A stretch of DNA of 64,000 nt from Trichosphaerium sp. ATCC 40318 (taxonomy: Eukaryota > Protista > Tubulinea). The position numbers and the translations under genes were made by a program. The stretch is taken from positions 62,001 through 126,000 of the forward strand of contig JALMLS010000299.1 in the NCBI GenBank assembly GCA_038496445.1. Reading direction: 5' to 3'. Positions 1-14,568 of this stretch are shown here, in pieces. The notes beneath the pieces were generated by a model that worked only from the letters and a program-made list of their open reading frames with translations, ran no database searches and had not been told where the DNA came from. The number at the start of each line of letters is the position of its first letter. Position 1 is the stretch's first letter.

Positions 1-777
1 GCAGTCTCAAGACCTTAGTGATCGCAACAAATTCAGTTGGATACTTAGCTTTTTGTATATTATTGTTTGCATACATATTTATTGGAGAAGAAGTACGTTA
101 TGTATTTCTTTGTTGACAACTCTGACAATACTGTCTTCATGGAATTTTTTCTTAACTCTTCTTCTCAGAAATTGACTGTCACGTGCCTTACGGAGCAGTC
201 CGAAATAGATACATTAACTGCAAGAGAAATTATTGCTCTAGTGTACAAACTACTGTTCGTGGGTATCTGCATTGGCTTTGTCGGTGCATTTTTATTTTAT
301 GGCTTTGGTATCACTCATAGCTTAATAAGTGGATCTAAGAAAGTTCAAACTTTCAGTAGCGGTGTAAAAGGTGACAGAAATAGACGCGTACTAAAGGTAC
401 AAGAGGAAGGAAAAAACTAAACACTGATTGTACATTAAGTTTTACTGATATTTTTAGATGATGCTTGTTACTTTTCTATGCTCTTTAGCACTTCTTGGTC
501 AAGCAGCATTACTGCTATATAACTCATTTGCAACGAATCCATCACGAATTGGTATGTTAAAGGCTCTTCTCGCTATAAGTTTTGCTGACTGCTTGCACCA
601 GGTGTGATTGTGTGGATTATTTTTCTTGTATCGATTCCATCATCTCTTCTACTTTATCTCCTCAGTCCTCTGAATACTTTTACAAAGAAGAGAGGTCCTT
701 TACATTCAACACGTACACGCAATACTCAATCACGTACTGCATCTCGTATTGATTCTGCACGGTCGATTCAAAGCTAA
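1..777 (+). CDS. 3' part of an intron-containing multi-pass membrane protein (runs off the left edge)
   Basis: Several hydrophobic segments (e.g. LVYKLLFVGICIGFVGAFLFYGFGI) in exons separated by short GT-AG introns; stop TAA at ~775-777. Confidence 0.55.
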
Positions 778-1693
778 AAAAAAAATGGAAAAAACTAAGA
801 AAAAAAAATACCAATTTGTTATTATGTAGACGTTAGAGTATATGCGTCGTTAGTTATTGTATAAATAAAAACGTAGTTAAAAAAACATAAACAAAATTTG
901 ATACAATAGCGTACTGTACACGAAAGGCGAAGGATGCCCTTTTCTTTTTTTTTTTGTTTCAAAGTCGCAGGTAGAGGAACAATATTTTGGTTTGGGTGTC
1001 ATACCGAAAAACAAGGAGCACGTTTATTGAACTGAAACTAAAAAAAGGATAATTTCCTACTGAAAAGGAGGTGATTTGGTAGAGTGGAGTGCTATATTAC
1101 CATTCTGCCGTGGTTGTACACTGGAAAAAAACAGCCTTGTTTAAGGCAAATGGCATGGTAACCTTCCCAATAATTGCAAATAAAATTGTGGTTGAATGCG
1201 CTTTCCTCCATGACCTGCCCCAGCTACCTGGCATACGGGTACATTCACAATATTGACTGGTATCTGGAAATATAGATATCTCGTAGTAGCAGAGCAAGTT
1301 ATATCTTTGTTGACTCCAGTTCCAAGACAGCTCCGATTTCCACAACGAAGCATCGCTACCTCGTCTTTGATCACAGGTTACATAACTCGTGGGTTATCAT
1401 AGGTTTTGCTCGGTTTTCTAGCGCTGCAAAGTGCAATACATAAATAAAACTAACAGAAATGCAATGATAACACGAGTCATACTTGTAGATTTGTTGCTGG
1501 GACAGTTGTTAATTTAGTTTATGTTTTCTAAAACATAAAATTAGGAAGTACATAGCCTCATCAATTAAAGCAAAACTAAACCAAACCCGTAGATGGTGAA
1601 TGTTCTCGTACCACTTTAGAACTACACCTGAGGAAACAACACAAATGAATCATAACATAGAGTTTGCAAGAAGTTATTGTTTTTTTTATTTTA

Positions 1694-4600
1694 TTACTTC
1701 TTCTCACCACGTAATTTCGCATTCTCTTCTTCAAGTTTAGCAACCTTTGCACGCTCGTCAGCAAGCTCATTCTTTAGCTTTTTAACTTTATCCTTGTAAT
1801 GCTCAATCTTTTGAAAACCGTTAATAATTTGTGTTTTAAGCTCAACAATCTCATCCTTCATTTTAAGCTGCTCTTTCAAGTCATCAACAATATCTTCCTC
1901 TGATGCATTGCTTTGTTTATCTTCAGCTTCTTTATCATTATTTTTTGTATCAGATACTTCCGTTGAGTTCTTTGTAGGCTTTTCTTTGGTATCTTTTTGT
2001 TTGACATCAGTTTCATCAGGCTTGTTAACTTTATCAGGTTTGACAGTCTTGACGGTCACTTTTCTATTTTTATCATTGTGTTTTGCTTTAATAAAGTACA
2101 GTGGTACTACCGCATCACTAAATGAAACCCATACGTAAGCATACAAATACAGAAAAATAAAAAAAGGATAAAAACCAGTACAAACTAACCTATTTTTAAT
2201 AGCAAAACAAGGAGAGGTAGTTCCCGACTTGTATGTTGATGTTATATTTCCTTTTCTATCACCTTTAAACAAACAATAAGCTTAACATAATATAGTAAAC
2301 AACGCATACACAATGCAAACGTTGAGTGTACTCCTTCTACAGGCTCTTCATCTTCAGAACCAGCTACAATCTGAAAAAAAAAAATAAGCACACCTCTAAA
2401 AACACGTTATGAGCCAAAAGAGTTACCTGGCAAGATCCTAAGAGTGCAGCACAAAGCAAAAACCCTTGCTTGCTTTCGCTTCCACTCGATCCTGTGTGAT
2501 TAATACTTCCTGACAAGTAAACACCTTTACAATAAACTTGTTAGGTTTTTTGTCACGTGCTTTTTTTTGTAAGAGTGGTACCTTCACCGAGTACACCATC
2601 AGTGGATTCTAACCCTTCAGTACATATTTTAGCGACTTCGTCTTCACTAACGCTAACAACACCCAATACTAGCCTTACGCCTTCTGCGAGGTTCTGTAGG
2701 ACGAGAAATAAGTACATATTGAAAACTGTAACAGAAGAAAAAAAAGATAGTCACCTTTGCTTGTTTGGTTTTCTCATTCCAAAGAAATTTGAAAACAAAT
2801 TTCTTTAGTCTCTCTTTAACAATCTTTGCCTCATCTATAAATTCTGTTGCTACACCCTCTTTCTTTACCTAAGAATTACGAAAATTAGGTTTTTTTTGAA
2901 AAACTATCAAGGCAAAAGCTCTCGTGAATACTTACAGATGTGATGAGTGTCTTCATAGCTTTTACTTTTGTAGGGGTCGATAATGCATAAGATTCTTCAA
3001 CCGTCCACTCGCTACAGTCCATCAAACTGTAAAGCTAAAAAGAAAGAAAAATAAGAACAAAACAATCAAAATTTCAAACTGTAAAAGGAGGGGTGAAGAC
3101 TATTAAAACACGTACAGTTTTAAACTCTTCAAGTTCATCTTTTGTTCTAGGATCTTCCTTTTCACCAATAAGTTGATACCGAGAAACTGGCGGATTTTCT
3201 ATACATGATAAGTTAGTTAGACTTGTAGAATTGTTTTAGGTTACAAGAAAAAAATAAAACTCTATCGCGTACCTGATATTTCCTCCCACGCAGATGCTTC
3301 GTCGTCAGGTGTACGATGATTTAAAAATCCAGTTCTAAACCTCCACCAAGGGTAAGGAGATTTTTGAGCAATACCAACAAGATAATCAGGTCCTACGCTA
3401 ACCATTTTCCAGGACAGATTACAAACTTCGAAACTCTGATTTAAGTAAGTTCAACAAAAAAAAAAATTAACATCACCATTAATCGTTTAGGAATGTTTAG
3501 CTCTTGATCTCCAACTATGCCCCATACATAAATGGAACCATCCTCTACACATTAATGTAAGTATACCTGGAAGACACAAATTACCAAGTACGTGTTATTG
3601 CGGAAGCTACATCTGGACCTATGGCCACACGTTTCATGTTCTGCAAATCTAGATTTGACACGTGTCAAAATGATCACTTCAAAAAAAAACAATCGCAAAG
3701 TTTACCTTGTACTTTGGTTGGTTTTACCGCGTTTTCAGAATCAGGACCAAGTCCTAGAGCATCACCAGCTCTCCCCCATGTATAAACATCACCCGTTGCT
3801 ACAAACAATAGTCAGAGAAGGGTTGGGGTTTTTTTATCGTACAAGTTAGCGCAATGCATCTTTTTCCAGCAGCTGCAATTTGTTTGAATGTCACACCATC
3901 AATTTCTATTCGTTTTGGTGTTTTTGAGGCTTCTAAATTACCAGAACCCAATTGACCACCATCATTAGCACCCCAAGAGTAAAGTTGCCCATTTTCTATA
4001 AAGAGAGGTGAGTCTTCTTTGTTGTATTTTGTGTTTTTCTTAAATCATTGATTGTCCTTCTTACCTGTGAGAGCTAATGTATGCGCAATACCAGTTGCGA
4101 CGTCCTTGAATATTACTTGTTTTGTTGCTGTCGCAAGAGATTAACGAGACATCGAAGAAAAAAAAAAGAATAAAATAATATTTCCATATTTCAGCACTTA
4201 CTGACAATTAATTTTGGTGTCTTTACACTTCCTCCTTTACCAAGTACTGTTTTTTGACCAATGGCTTCAGCTACTTCTTTACTTCCCCACGTGTACAACT
4301 TACCATCCCCTATTACGACAAAAGTGTCAACAAACAAAAATTGTCAAGTAATTGTTTCCAAAATGATTCTGATAATAATAAAAAAAATTGCGTTTTTGGC
4401 CCGTACATGTCAAAGCTGCGCTGTGGTACTTTCCAGCAGATACCTTAACGAATCGAATACCTGGTAGATCGAGAAGCTTTGGAACTGGTACAATTTCAGC
4501 TAGCATAAACGCGTTAGAGCAAACCCGAAAAACCACACCAAGTCCAACATTAAAAGTGACTTGTACCTTTATCGCTCTTTGTTTTATGACCCAATATCTT

Positions 4601-5246
4601 ACCATCGCCACATCCACCCCATGAGAATGCGCTACCCGATACTATACCCTTTGCGTCAACACCGGCGTCACCTTTTGCGATACCCGATGCTTTTGCGGAC
4701 TCATCCGATACCGCCAGAGAGTGTACGAAGCCTGCGGATATTGATATGAAGCGTGTGTGCGCGATGTCAGGGTTAGAAACGAGCGTCGGTTTTTCAATTC
4801 GTTTTTGTGGAATGGTGCCGTAGCCAAGCTGACCGCTTTCTCCATTACCCCAGGAATAGATATGGCCTGGTTATAATAAATAAACGATGATAGTATAACT
4901 TTTTGCGTACCGTCACCTAGAGCCATCATATGGTCTTCTCCTGCATTGGCTATTGTGAAATCTACGCTTTCGTTGCCAGGTAAACAATGTGGGTGCTAAA
5001 GATGCGTTAGTTTGACATTAATACAACGGTGGGCGTTACGTTATCACTAAAATGCCAATAAACCAGCTTCGATTTCGCTTCATCCCTCCACACATTTGGC
5101 AGCCAATCTGTAGCGATGTTAGCGACCTCCGGTATTTGGAGCGTACCTAATTTGCTATCCCTAGTGTTTATGGTTACTTTCTTGTTTTTACCGCCACGGA
5201 GAAGCCGGACGCTATCAGACTTGGTTGCAATTGGTACAGTGGCCAT
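1694..5246 (-). CDS. Multi-exon RCC1-repeat protein with possible degenerate PARP-like domain and C-terminal coiled coil (3' end uncertain)
   Basis: RCC1 motifs across exons: VKVSAGKYHSAALT, GDGKLYTWGS, DVATGIAHTLALT, GQLYSWGANDGGQLGSG; C-terminal heptads LKEQLKMKDEIVELKTQI...LEEENAKLR. Confidence 0.7.
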
Positions 5247-5361
5247 GTACGCAGTTATAATAACTTTGGGAACGGAAATTCAGCACTTACGCCAAAAAAA
5301 ACCTCCGCCGTCAACGAAAATCAAAAAAAGAAAAAAAACAAAACAAAAAAATAATATCTGA

Positions 5362-7603
5362 ATGATGACATCTACCATTTTACTGGATGGCAATAATCTT
5401 ACTATAGAACAGCTATACGAGCTCGGTACACCTGGAAAACAGATTGATCTGACAGAAGCTGCTTGGAGTGGCATAGACAAATCGAGAGCTATCGTTGACG
5501 CAAAGATAGATGCTCCAGAACCTATCTACGGCATAACTACAGGCTTTGGATCATTTGCACAAGGTAAACTCGCAATTCTACAAATCCGTTTATTTTTTTT
5601 ACGTTCGAATAGTAAAAATACCGCCTGAACGCGTAGAGCAACTCCAGAAGAACCTTATTTTATCACATGCATCAGGAGTTGGAGAACCTTTAGCTCTGGA
5701 ACGTGTAAGGAGGATGTTGGTGTGTAGAATAAACGTTTTAGCAAAAGGTAGTTGATATAACAAACTTGAACGTTATTTTTTATAAAAACACTTTCCACTC
5801 AAAACTCGGCCAGGTTTTTCAGGTGTTAGTAGAGGAGCATTACAAACGTGTATAAACGCGTACAACAACGACTGTTTAGCAATGGTTCCAATTGTACGTA
5901 GAGCGCTACTTGCTTTTTTTGTAATTTTAATAGTTTTCGTCATTTACACTATGTAGCAAGGCACTCTTGGTGCTAGTGGAGATTTAGCTCCATTATCCCA
6001 TATGGCACTAAGCCTTATGGGTAAAGGAAACATGTGGGACGAAATTACAGGGTCGTGGAAGCCAAGCAAAGAGGTGAGTTAAAACGACTTTTTTTTTCAA
6101 TGAATACTCTACTAACAGCAAGTTTAGGTGTTGGCGCGCAAGGGCGTAGCACACCTCAAAATGAAGGTAGAGCTCCGATCTTTTTTTGTAGATTTTGCGC
6201 AGATTTGTAGCACTTTTGATGTGAACGACACTTTTTGAACGAAAAGTTTTTCGTTTTATAAGGGGAAATAGTTTTGACAAGTATTTTTCAAGGCCAAGGA
6301 TGGGTTAGCTCTTATCAATGGTACTCAATTTATCTCTACATACGGATCGGAGGCAATATTCAGGTAAATGTATTCTCTTTTCAACTTTTTTAGCTTACCT
6401 TTTTTACAGGGCAAGACAACTTGCAGAGCAAGCAGATATAATTGCAGCGTTGACTGTTGAAGCTTTAAAGGGTTCAGTGGTGCCTTTTGATCCTCAGATT
6501 CACAATGCAAGACCACATGCAGGTAATTTACCAGAATAGTTCTCACTGCCACCGGTATGTTCTAAGCAGTAGTCTAGGACAAATTAAGTGTGCAAAGCAT
6601 ATAAGAGGATTGTTGACGCCCCTCTCAACCATTGCTCAAAGTCACAAGTGCTGTACTAAGGTTCAAGATCCGTACTCACTTCGATGCATTCCTCAAGTAC
6701 TGATATAACTGCCCGGGATTCTTTGATTAAAAATTTAAAATAGGTTCATGGTATTGTGTATGATACTCTCAACTTTGTGCAAACCGTTATTACGACTGAA
6801 TTGAACTCTGCCACTGACAACCCCATGGTATGCTTCAAATACAAAAATTCTATTCAATCGTTAATTAGCTTTAGGTCTTTAACGAAACTGGTGATATTTT
6901 ATCAGGCGGAAACTTTCATGGGGAATACCCAGCAAAGGCTTTAGATTACTTGGCCATCGCTACTCATGAACTCGGTAGTATAAGCGAAAGGCGTATTGAA
7001 AGATTATGTAACAAAAATCTAAGTGAACTTCCAGCCTTCTTGGTTGAGGAAGGTGGCGTAAACTCTGGGTTTATGATAGCTCATTGCACATCAGCGGCAT
7101 TGGTACGCCTAAAAACATTTCATTGCACATTGCAGTTTGACACATTTTATTCATTGAACCACATGTCACCTCTTTTTGTTCATTTCTGGTTGTAGGTATC
7201 TGAAAATAAAACGCTCTGCCATCCTTCATCTGTGGATTCTATACCGACTTCCGCTTCTCAAGAAGATCACGTTTCCATGGGCGGCTGGTCAGCAAGAAAA
7301 GCAGTAAGGGTTGTGGAGGTAAGGCTATTGCGGTTCATACGTTAAAACAATAACTTTCAATTAATATTGCGATTCTAGAATGTTGAAAAGATTCTCGCAA
7401 TAGAACTTCTTTCAGCGTGTCAAGGTCTTGATTTCGTTTACAAGGAGGGGCTAACATCAACACCTGCAATTAATGCAGTTCATTCGTTTGTTCGTGAACA
7501 TGTGAAGCACTGGGATAAGGATAGATATATGCACCCAGATATCCAAAAGGCAGCTGAACTACTAAAACGTGGTGAAATTGCACGCGTAGCTAACAGCGTG
7601 TAA
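5362..7603 (+). CDS. HAL: Histidine ammonia-lyase (multi-exon)
   Basis: [21 protein letters not shown] motif [83 protein letters not shown]. Confidence 0.96.
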
Positions 7604-7872
7604 AGAAAGTTACTCAAAAAAAGCAACGAAAATTGTGGCTATTTGTAAAAATAATGAAAAGTAAAGAAGTGACTACCGATCAAATAAACGCATTGCTTGC
7701 CATGTAGTACCTGTACTTGTATTTAAATATATAGCTTGACGCCTTGTATTTTTGCAGTTGGGAGTCAGAATTTGTATGGTTAATAGTAGAGGTAGAAATC
7801 AAATACGTTTTGGGCAAAGTGGGTGTTTTATGTTTTCATCAACAAAAGGGTTCTTGTAAAATGCTTACAAAA

Positions 7873-9004
7873 TTACAATTTAAAGCTACTAGATGACGAA
7901 TGATGTGGATAAAATTCAGCGTAGTTCTTGTACTTGCTCCACATAAAGTATTTGAGAATAATATTCTTAACAAACCAAGGCATCCTCTTGAACATAATAT
8001 CACCTACAATTTGATTTTAGAGCTCAATCTCTTTAAACAAAAGTTTCGATTTTTTTTCTTTCAAAGAGTTAGTACGTACGTTCTTCTACTGTTTGTGAGT
8101 AATAGACAAGTGGAAGTTGAGCGCCAGTTGCATCATTATCCTTGGCATACTTTACAAGTGCTTTTACAATACGTTCTCCATCCTCTTTTGGGATTTTTTC
8201 CATGGCGTCTTTTTCGACTAGAGCCTCTTCTTCATGTTCGCAGTGAGCCTATAGTTGCGTAAATGCGATGATAATACGTATTTATACACAACGAGTTACT
8301 CTAGAATAGCAGCAAAAAATTACGGTTTGGTGGCATTGTACGCACTTTAAATACAACTAAAACGGCAGAAGCAAGGTCTTTCATGGTTGAGACGTCTGCA
8401 GGAGATTAGTAAGTGGCGAGAAACAGAATTGTCGAACCATCAGCTTCATTGACATTCAATTTCGCTTCTCTCACTTTGGCAATAGCATCAACGAGTACTT
8501 TGTGTTCTGCACGAAGTCCTTCAGTTTGCTAGTAAATTTTAGCGTCTTAACAGCTTAAATTATAGTCCTACAGCCAACTAGCGGCTATGGGAGAATAGCG
8601 CACCTCTTTAAACTCTGGTAAGAATTTTTCCAAGTCAGCCCACATAGTTTCTTCCTCTTGTCCGTGGTGAATTTCAATGGCATTCATTACTTCCAATAGA
8701 TGTGAGTATAACGCTAGATAACGTATTTAGCAAAGTTTTTCAATCTACGGTATGAGGTACATTCTCTTCGCTCTTGAGGCCATTCGTCGGCGTGTTTCTT
8801 AATGTGTTTGGTGGCTTGGATAATTCTTTCAAGGTTACGCGTAACAACCCTATGGAAATACGTATTGCCTCTAACTATTGGCGAATACGTTAGTTCCGGT
8901 TGAACATCTGGGTCTTCTTGAATGTAAAACACATAGTATGCCACAGCACTAATTACTACTAATAAAGGGAGCAAGTAAATAAGACCCGGTTGTTTTTGTT
9001 GCAT
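7873..9004 (-). CDS. Hemerythrin-like (HHE) domain protein with N-terminal membrane anchor
   Basis: TM segment LIYLLPLLVVISAVAYYVF followed by the hemerythrin pattern FH..V, IEIHHGQEEETMW, LRAEHKVL, HCEHEEEAL. Confidence 0.7.
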
Positions 9005-9242
9005 TGTGATTGTTGCAGTTGACGACAAAGAAAAAAAAACAGTGACTTGTCACTCAGTCAAAGTACGGTCTATATTGCTGCTAGCTATTTATAAACGCCA
9101 TTACATGCCACAGTGTTACCCACATCATAAACGCGAATACAAGGGCGTTACTAGTGCTTATTTCAAACGAACGTTAACGTATCAGAAAATTTCTGTCTAT
9201 TAAATCACTTTTACACCTTTTTCTTTTTTTTACGAAATGACT

Positions 9243-11541
9243 CTACTCTCCGCCAGCGCGAAGTTTGTATTGTATACCAACCACCTCATGTGTATGGGTT
9301 TCTCGGCACTCACCAACGAATCTATCGTACTTGAAGTCATGACCAAATAAATCTCCACTCTTCACAATGTAATCTGTGTCTTCTCCCTCAAGCTCATTAC
9401 TGTATGAAGTTTGTCCCAAGACACCTGTGAAATATTCATTAAAATAGAGCATTGGGTTCTCGATAACATACCATGTGGTCGTGTGCCTTTTTTAGGGTTG
9501 TAGTTAATCTTCAAGTTAATGTGACAAGACGAGTGTTTGCTACTTGAAAAGTGCATTTGAACGCTGTATTCTGGTGTTTTGAGTATTGTCTTTCCGTTTT
9601 CTCTTAATTTTCTCTCTATTGAAAGTGATCCAGACTCAATCTTATCACCTGGTTGGACTCTATTATTGTTGAAAGTAACAATATATTCATGATCTTCTCT
9701 GTTACCTAAAAAAAGTTTAGTCAACTACGGTTAACTCGGGTTGGTTACGTACATGCATAAAGGAGCCGTTCTAAACCATTTTTACCACAGGCAAGAATAC
9801 CAAGGCTGCCAAGATAAGTCTTTGTCTTTAAAGGTCGCATATCTGCATCAAGGAATAAAGCGTTCAATTGGAACGTAGTGTCTGATACCAAACTAAATAT
9901 AAAGTTAGAATGAATTAGCAGTGGTGTAGATGACGTGCTTGAACACTCTTTTAGCAAATCCATGAAAGTCAAAGTGTCGTCCTCTAAAGCCTACAAAATG
10001 AGGATCTCCGGAAGCACTTCCCTAAGCCAGTATTAGATAATCAGGTGTTTGATTAAAAAAACGTACAACAGGTGCACCGATTTGAGGAGATACAATGAAC
10101 GCAGTACTTCTTGGAGAAGAACATCTGTCTTCTGGCATTGGGCGCCTAGAATTTTATGTTCAGATGACAAAAAGGCTTCACTAAAACGCACCCCATATTT
10201 GAATAGGATACAGTGTTCATAGCAACATCAGTAACACTACACCTGTAATTTCCATTTCCTTGTGCAGCCCACATAACTATTGAAAAATCACGTGATCAGA
10301 AAAAAAATCTCAAGTAATAATAATAAAATCACGTGATATTTTTTTTCTGATTGCAATAACTATAAAATTAGTACCTTCCCATGAGCATGTGAATGTAGTG
10401 TTAGGTTGAAGATTTACAGTGAATGTTAAGTCTCCATCTCCATTGAGGAAAGCTGCAACCTGTATTCATTTAATCAAACAAAAATATGATCATCGCTCGC
10501 ACATTGCCATCATTGCAAGAAATGCTGCCGGAGACAATAGACCCAAGGTGAGTTGATGGACATACGACTCTAACCTCAGTACTTGACGCTGGATATTGTA
10601 CAGGATTTGATACCCACACAGTTAACGGAGAAGTAGATCCTTGTTATTATCAGAGTAATTAAAAAAAAAACAACACATACCGACTGTGTTTGGCATAGCA
10701 GGGATAGAGTGCCAACTTATAGTACGTGGTGCACAACACAGGAACCGGAGAGCTACATCAAGCTGTGGTTCTACAGATGCGTCTACTATGAGCTCTACGC
10801 GATCAACTGACGAAAAAACAGACTGTGGAGACAACTAATTCTGTTAGTCCAAAACAAGAAAAATAAAATAAAAGGTATACCAAAGGTAGGCAAAGAGCCC
10901 TCCTCCCAAAGAATGCGTCGAGCACAGTTGTGTCCGATCTAACTGAAGTAGGACCGCTTGTAGCTACTATCGAAATTCTGTGCATGTTATCTGGCTCGTC
11001 TTCCAGCATGTACCAGCATCCTTAGATGCTATTTAGTTCGTTTTGTGCAGCAGTATTTATCGTCCGCTAACGCCACAAATACAAAAAAACGTACCACAGC
11101 CTTTCGCTAAGTAATCCACAGGTGGATTGATGTTCGAGTAGTCAAACCGGCAAAAACCTGTTCAAAACTTATTGTTACTAGTTATTAATGCAATACTAGC
11201 CTACCCAGAGAATCAGACGTAGTGCTACAGGTAAGAGCGTCAATTACGACGCGCGCAGTAACTTCAGCACCAATATTTGTAGATGGAAGTAATCTAAGCG
11301 TTCGGAGGGTTAAGATAAGAAGCAAATAAGTAGTTGGCGAATAAACATGTTTTTACAAAAATACGCACGTTGACGTTAACATTCTGTTTCCTAGCCATGA
11401 ACCTCCATTACCTGAAGTTACGACAGTTTCTGTGTTTGGCGCAACAACTCGCGCAATGGCAGGATCTTGTAATAGGTCTATTGAGCATGGTAATTCTTGC
11501 GCCAGCGTAGAGGAAAATAATAAGAGAACGAGGAACAGCAT
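9243..11541 (-). CDS. Secreted protein with C-terminal VWD/root-cap/ITI-HC-C-like domain
   Basis: Signal peptide MLFLVLLLFSSTLAQ; GDPHFVGFRGRHFDFHG and PHG|VLGQT motifs in the C-terminal exons. Confidence 0.7.
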
Positions 11542-11978
11542 CTTAGACAGCCAAGCAAGAAAAACTGCTTGACCTCGACGGAGATTTGTGAGTTTTTTAG
11601 ATTATGCCTTCTTGTGGTTTAAGTAGTAGGTACTTGCGTGAGTATTAATGACGCAAGATAATACCTTTAAATAATTTGATATCAACCTTTCTTGTTTGAA
11701 CCAAATAACACGGTCACGTGATACGCGACAAGATGTCCAGGTCAACGTATTATACAAAAAAGTAACGGAAGTACGGTAAAAAAATAAATGTGCTACAACT
11801 TTGTTGCTTGCTCTCTGTGGATACTTACTTTGATGCACACTGGATATATGGAGTTAATAACTCAGATATTTGATTGTGTGCGATCTTGAAAACAGTTGGA
11901 TCCAATGGTTACTGCATTCTGTGCAACGCTATGTGCATGGCAGGGTGTTTAATATAATTATTTGTGTTTTGCTTTACA

Positions 11979-14197
11979 TTAGTTGGCGATTACGCGACTT
12001 GCTAATGCTGCTCTGCGTTTTGTCGTTTTGGTTTTTGTTTGTTGCCGTTTGTAGGCGTACCACACGCCTAAAATGAAAAATAAGTTTGGTAATAACAATG
12101 CAACGTACCTGTCAATATTGGAAAAAGCACTGGTACAAAGAAGGGCGTGTATACTGCGTATTTATGTTCATCAGGAAAGTACAGCATTGCAATCATTTGT
12201 GGGTTAAAAAATGCTTCTAAAAAACACGTGAGGTTATTGTAGATCTGCGATGCCGTACCTTCTGCTTTCTTTACAGCCATCTGGGAAGGTACACGAGCAA
12301 CATCGAATTTACCATAACGTGTATTTACAATGGTCTACGTATTGCATCAGAGTTCAGTGTAATAGTTGGTTATATACCTGTTTCAATAACCTAACTGATT
12401 CTTGTACAATATTGCGGATATTCTCATTAATAGGAATGTTGTGCAATTTTTGAAGCGTTTGTGATAGAGATATTAGAGTAGACCTGGTATTCTAAATATC
12501 ATTGTTAATATAAATCAAACAGGGCGATGGTAGTGTACTTGTATATTTTGGTGTAGTTGTCTTAATTTTAATGCATCAAACTCTATCTCTGAAAAACCTG
12601 TTGGTGAAGGAAGAGTAATGTGTTCAGCTTGTTGGGCTGGTACACCCATAAGCTCACGAAGTTGAGAGATGAATAACTACTTTCAAATTAGCTATTACTC
12701 CATAAATGCTAACAACGCAAGAAGGTTTACCCGTAAAGAATCTTTTGCCTCTGTAGCTCCAATTACCAAATTTTTCTTGTTACCATCTTTTTTCGTGGGA
12801 CTATAGATTGCAACACCGCCCCATTGAGGAAGTACGAACCCACCATGCTCTACATAACCATCTTTATACCCTCAACAGTTAGTAACAGCAAATATGTGTA
12901 CTCTTTGCTTACCATTCTTTCTTTTTATACGTAGAGGAGACATGGAAGGACTTGGTACGTATAATACGAAATTAAGAGTGGGACATGTTTTTGATGAAAA
13001 ATCAACCTTCCACTCATTTGGATTCAAAAAGTACGGAAGCATTTTCTGATCAAAGAAGTACACGCCATTCTTCTTATCGTATTTAGGTTTATAGGTGAGT
13101 TTTGCATAGTGCAAAACCTACAATATCCTTATTAACCACGAAGTTTCAAGGCAACAAACAACGATGCAATTTCAAATAAAAAGACAGCGTACTTGAGAAT
13201 CAATGGTAAAGTTTGCTATTGTTCTCAACCTGCTAAGCACCGGAGAAAGCGTCTCTATGTTAATAAAATGAGCATGACATACTATAAACGTCTTATGTAC
13301 CATGTACAATGTTTGGAAAGTCCCAAGTTACCACTTGCGCCTCTGGATCGGCATTTAGGAGTGTGAAGGATAAGTGATAATTTGAATCTGCATTAAGATC
13401 TATTTTTTGTTGTATACCACGTTCTTGCAACCTTGTTCGACGGTCCTAGTGTTATTGGTAAATAAATAATGTCATTGACACTACAACTCACGCTACTATC
13501 TTCGACTATGCTACCAGCACTATGACAAATATTAACAACAAACGCATGACCTTACTATTTACCTGAATGTTTTACTGAACATGCTAGCAATGCCAAATGC
13601 CAACTCCTTAACCTGCGATTCTTCCTCCACTACTGGAAGCGTCACCCAGGCATGTCTATGAGTACCGATTGTGTAGCCTATAATCTTGTCAGCTCCAGAA
13701 ATGACGAACAACTTACGTGTTGGTAGATCCTTATCAACGTAGACAAATACAACAAGCTGTCCAGTACTCTGCGATGTAGCCACATCTAAAAAAGCGGCGT
13801 CGAGCTCTAATTGGATGAGAACGGTTATTTTTTGGGTTGACACGTACCTTCTGGCGTTTTATTTTTGATTTGCAGCGGTTGTACCACTGACGTCACCACA
13901 ACGCGCCATGTAAGGAACGTTTCTTTGTCTAGCTGTAGTTGTACTGCTTTTGCTAATATCGCTTGGTTTTTCGAGCTGAGAGATGGAGAAATGCGAATGG
14001 AGAGTCCTCCAGGCGTTATTGTGTGCTAGATAATGTAAGCAAAAATGTGGTTGACCACTTACATCTAAAGCTATGGCTTCGTTTATTTCATCATATGGCA
14101 TCGCTTCTCGTTGTATTTCGGTCATTTTCCACCACACTGGTACACCCAGTACTACAATAATCGCAAAATACAGCGACACAAGGAATTGGATCTCCAT
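11979..14197 (-). CDS. PIGS: GPI transamidase component PIG-S
   Basis: N-terminal VVLGVPVWWKMTEIQREAMPY; internal FVLPQWGGVAI; C-terminal AFFNPQMIAMLYFPDEHKYAVYTPFFVPVLFP. Confidence 0.9.
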
Positions 14198-14568
14198 GGC
14201 GCAAATACCTGGCGTTCTACACCACAATTCAAAAAAGTACGAAATTTCTGCAGTCAAAGTTGGTTTTATTGCTTTCAACGCCAAGAGAAACTGTAACATT
14301 TGTTTAAATATACTCACAGATGGAAAAAGGGCAAAGGCGTCTCGGAATACAGTCCAAGTCGCCTCTTTCACCTCCAATAACACTTCGAAGTGAAGGTAAT
14401 TAAATTTACAGTACTTTGCAGCTTATTGTAGCAGGTATAGTAAGTCCTAAACCAAAGGCTTCGCAAACGTTCGAAACTCATTTACGATCTTCAAGACGCC
14501 ATGGTAAAGCGCTACAAACGGAACCAGCAAGTCCGACGAATAGTTTGCCAAAAGAGTATGATGAGTAC

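Noticed and set aside
1097-1640. Possible extra minus-strand exons or a small gene downstream of the RCC1-like gene
   Set aside because: No consistent splice path or recognisable motif could be found.
10284-10352. Twin AAAATCACGTGAT motifs with a short inverted repeat in an intron; CACGTG common across the window
   Set aside because: Short and A/T-run driven; CACGTG is frequent in introns here, so no specific E-box function can be supported.
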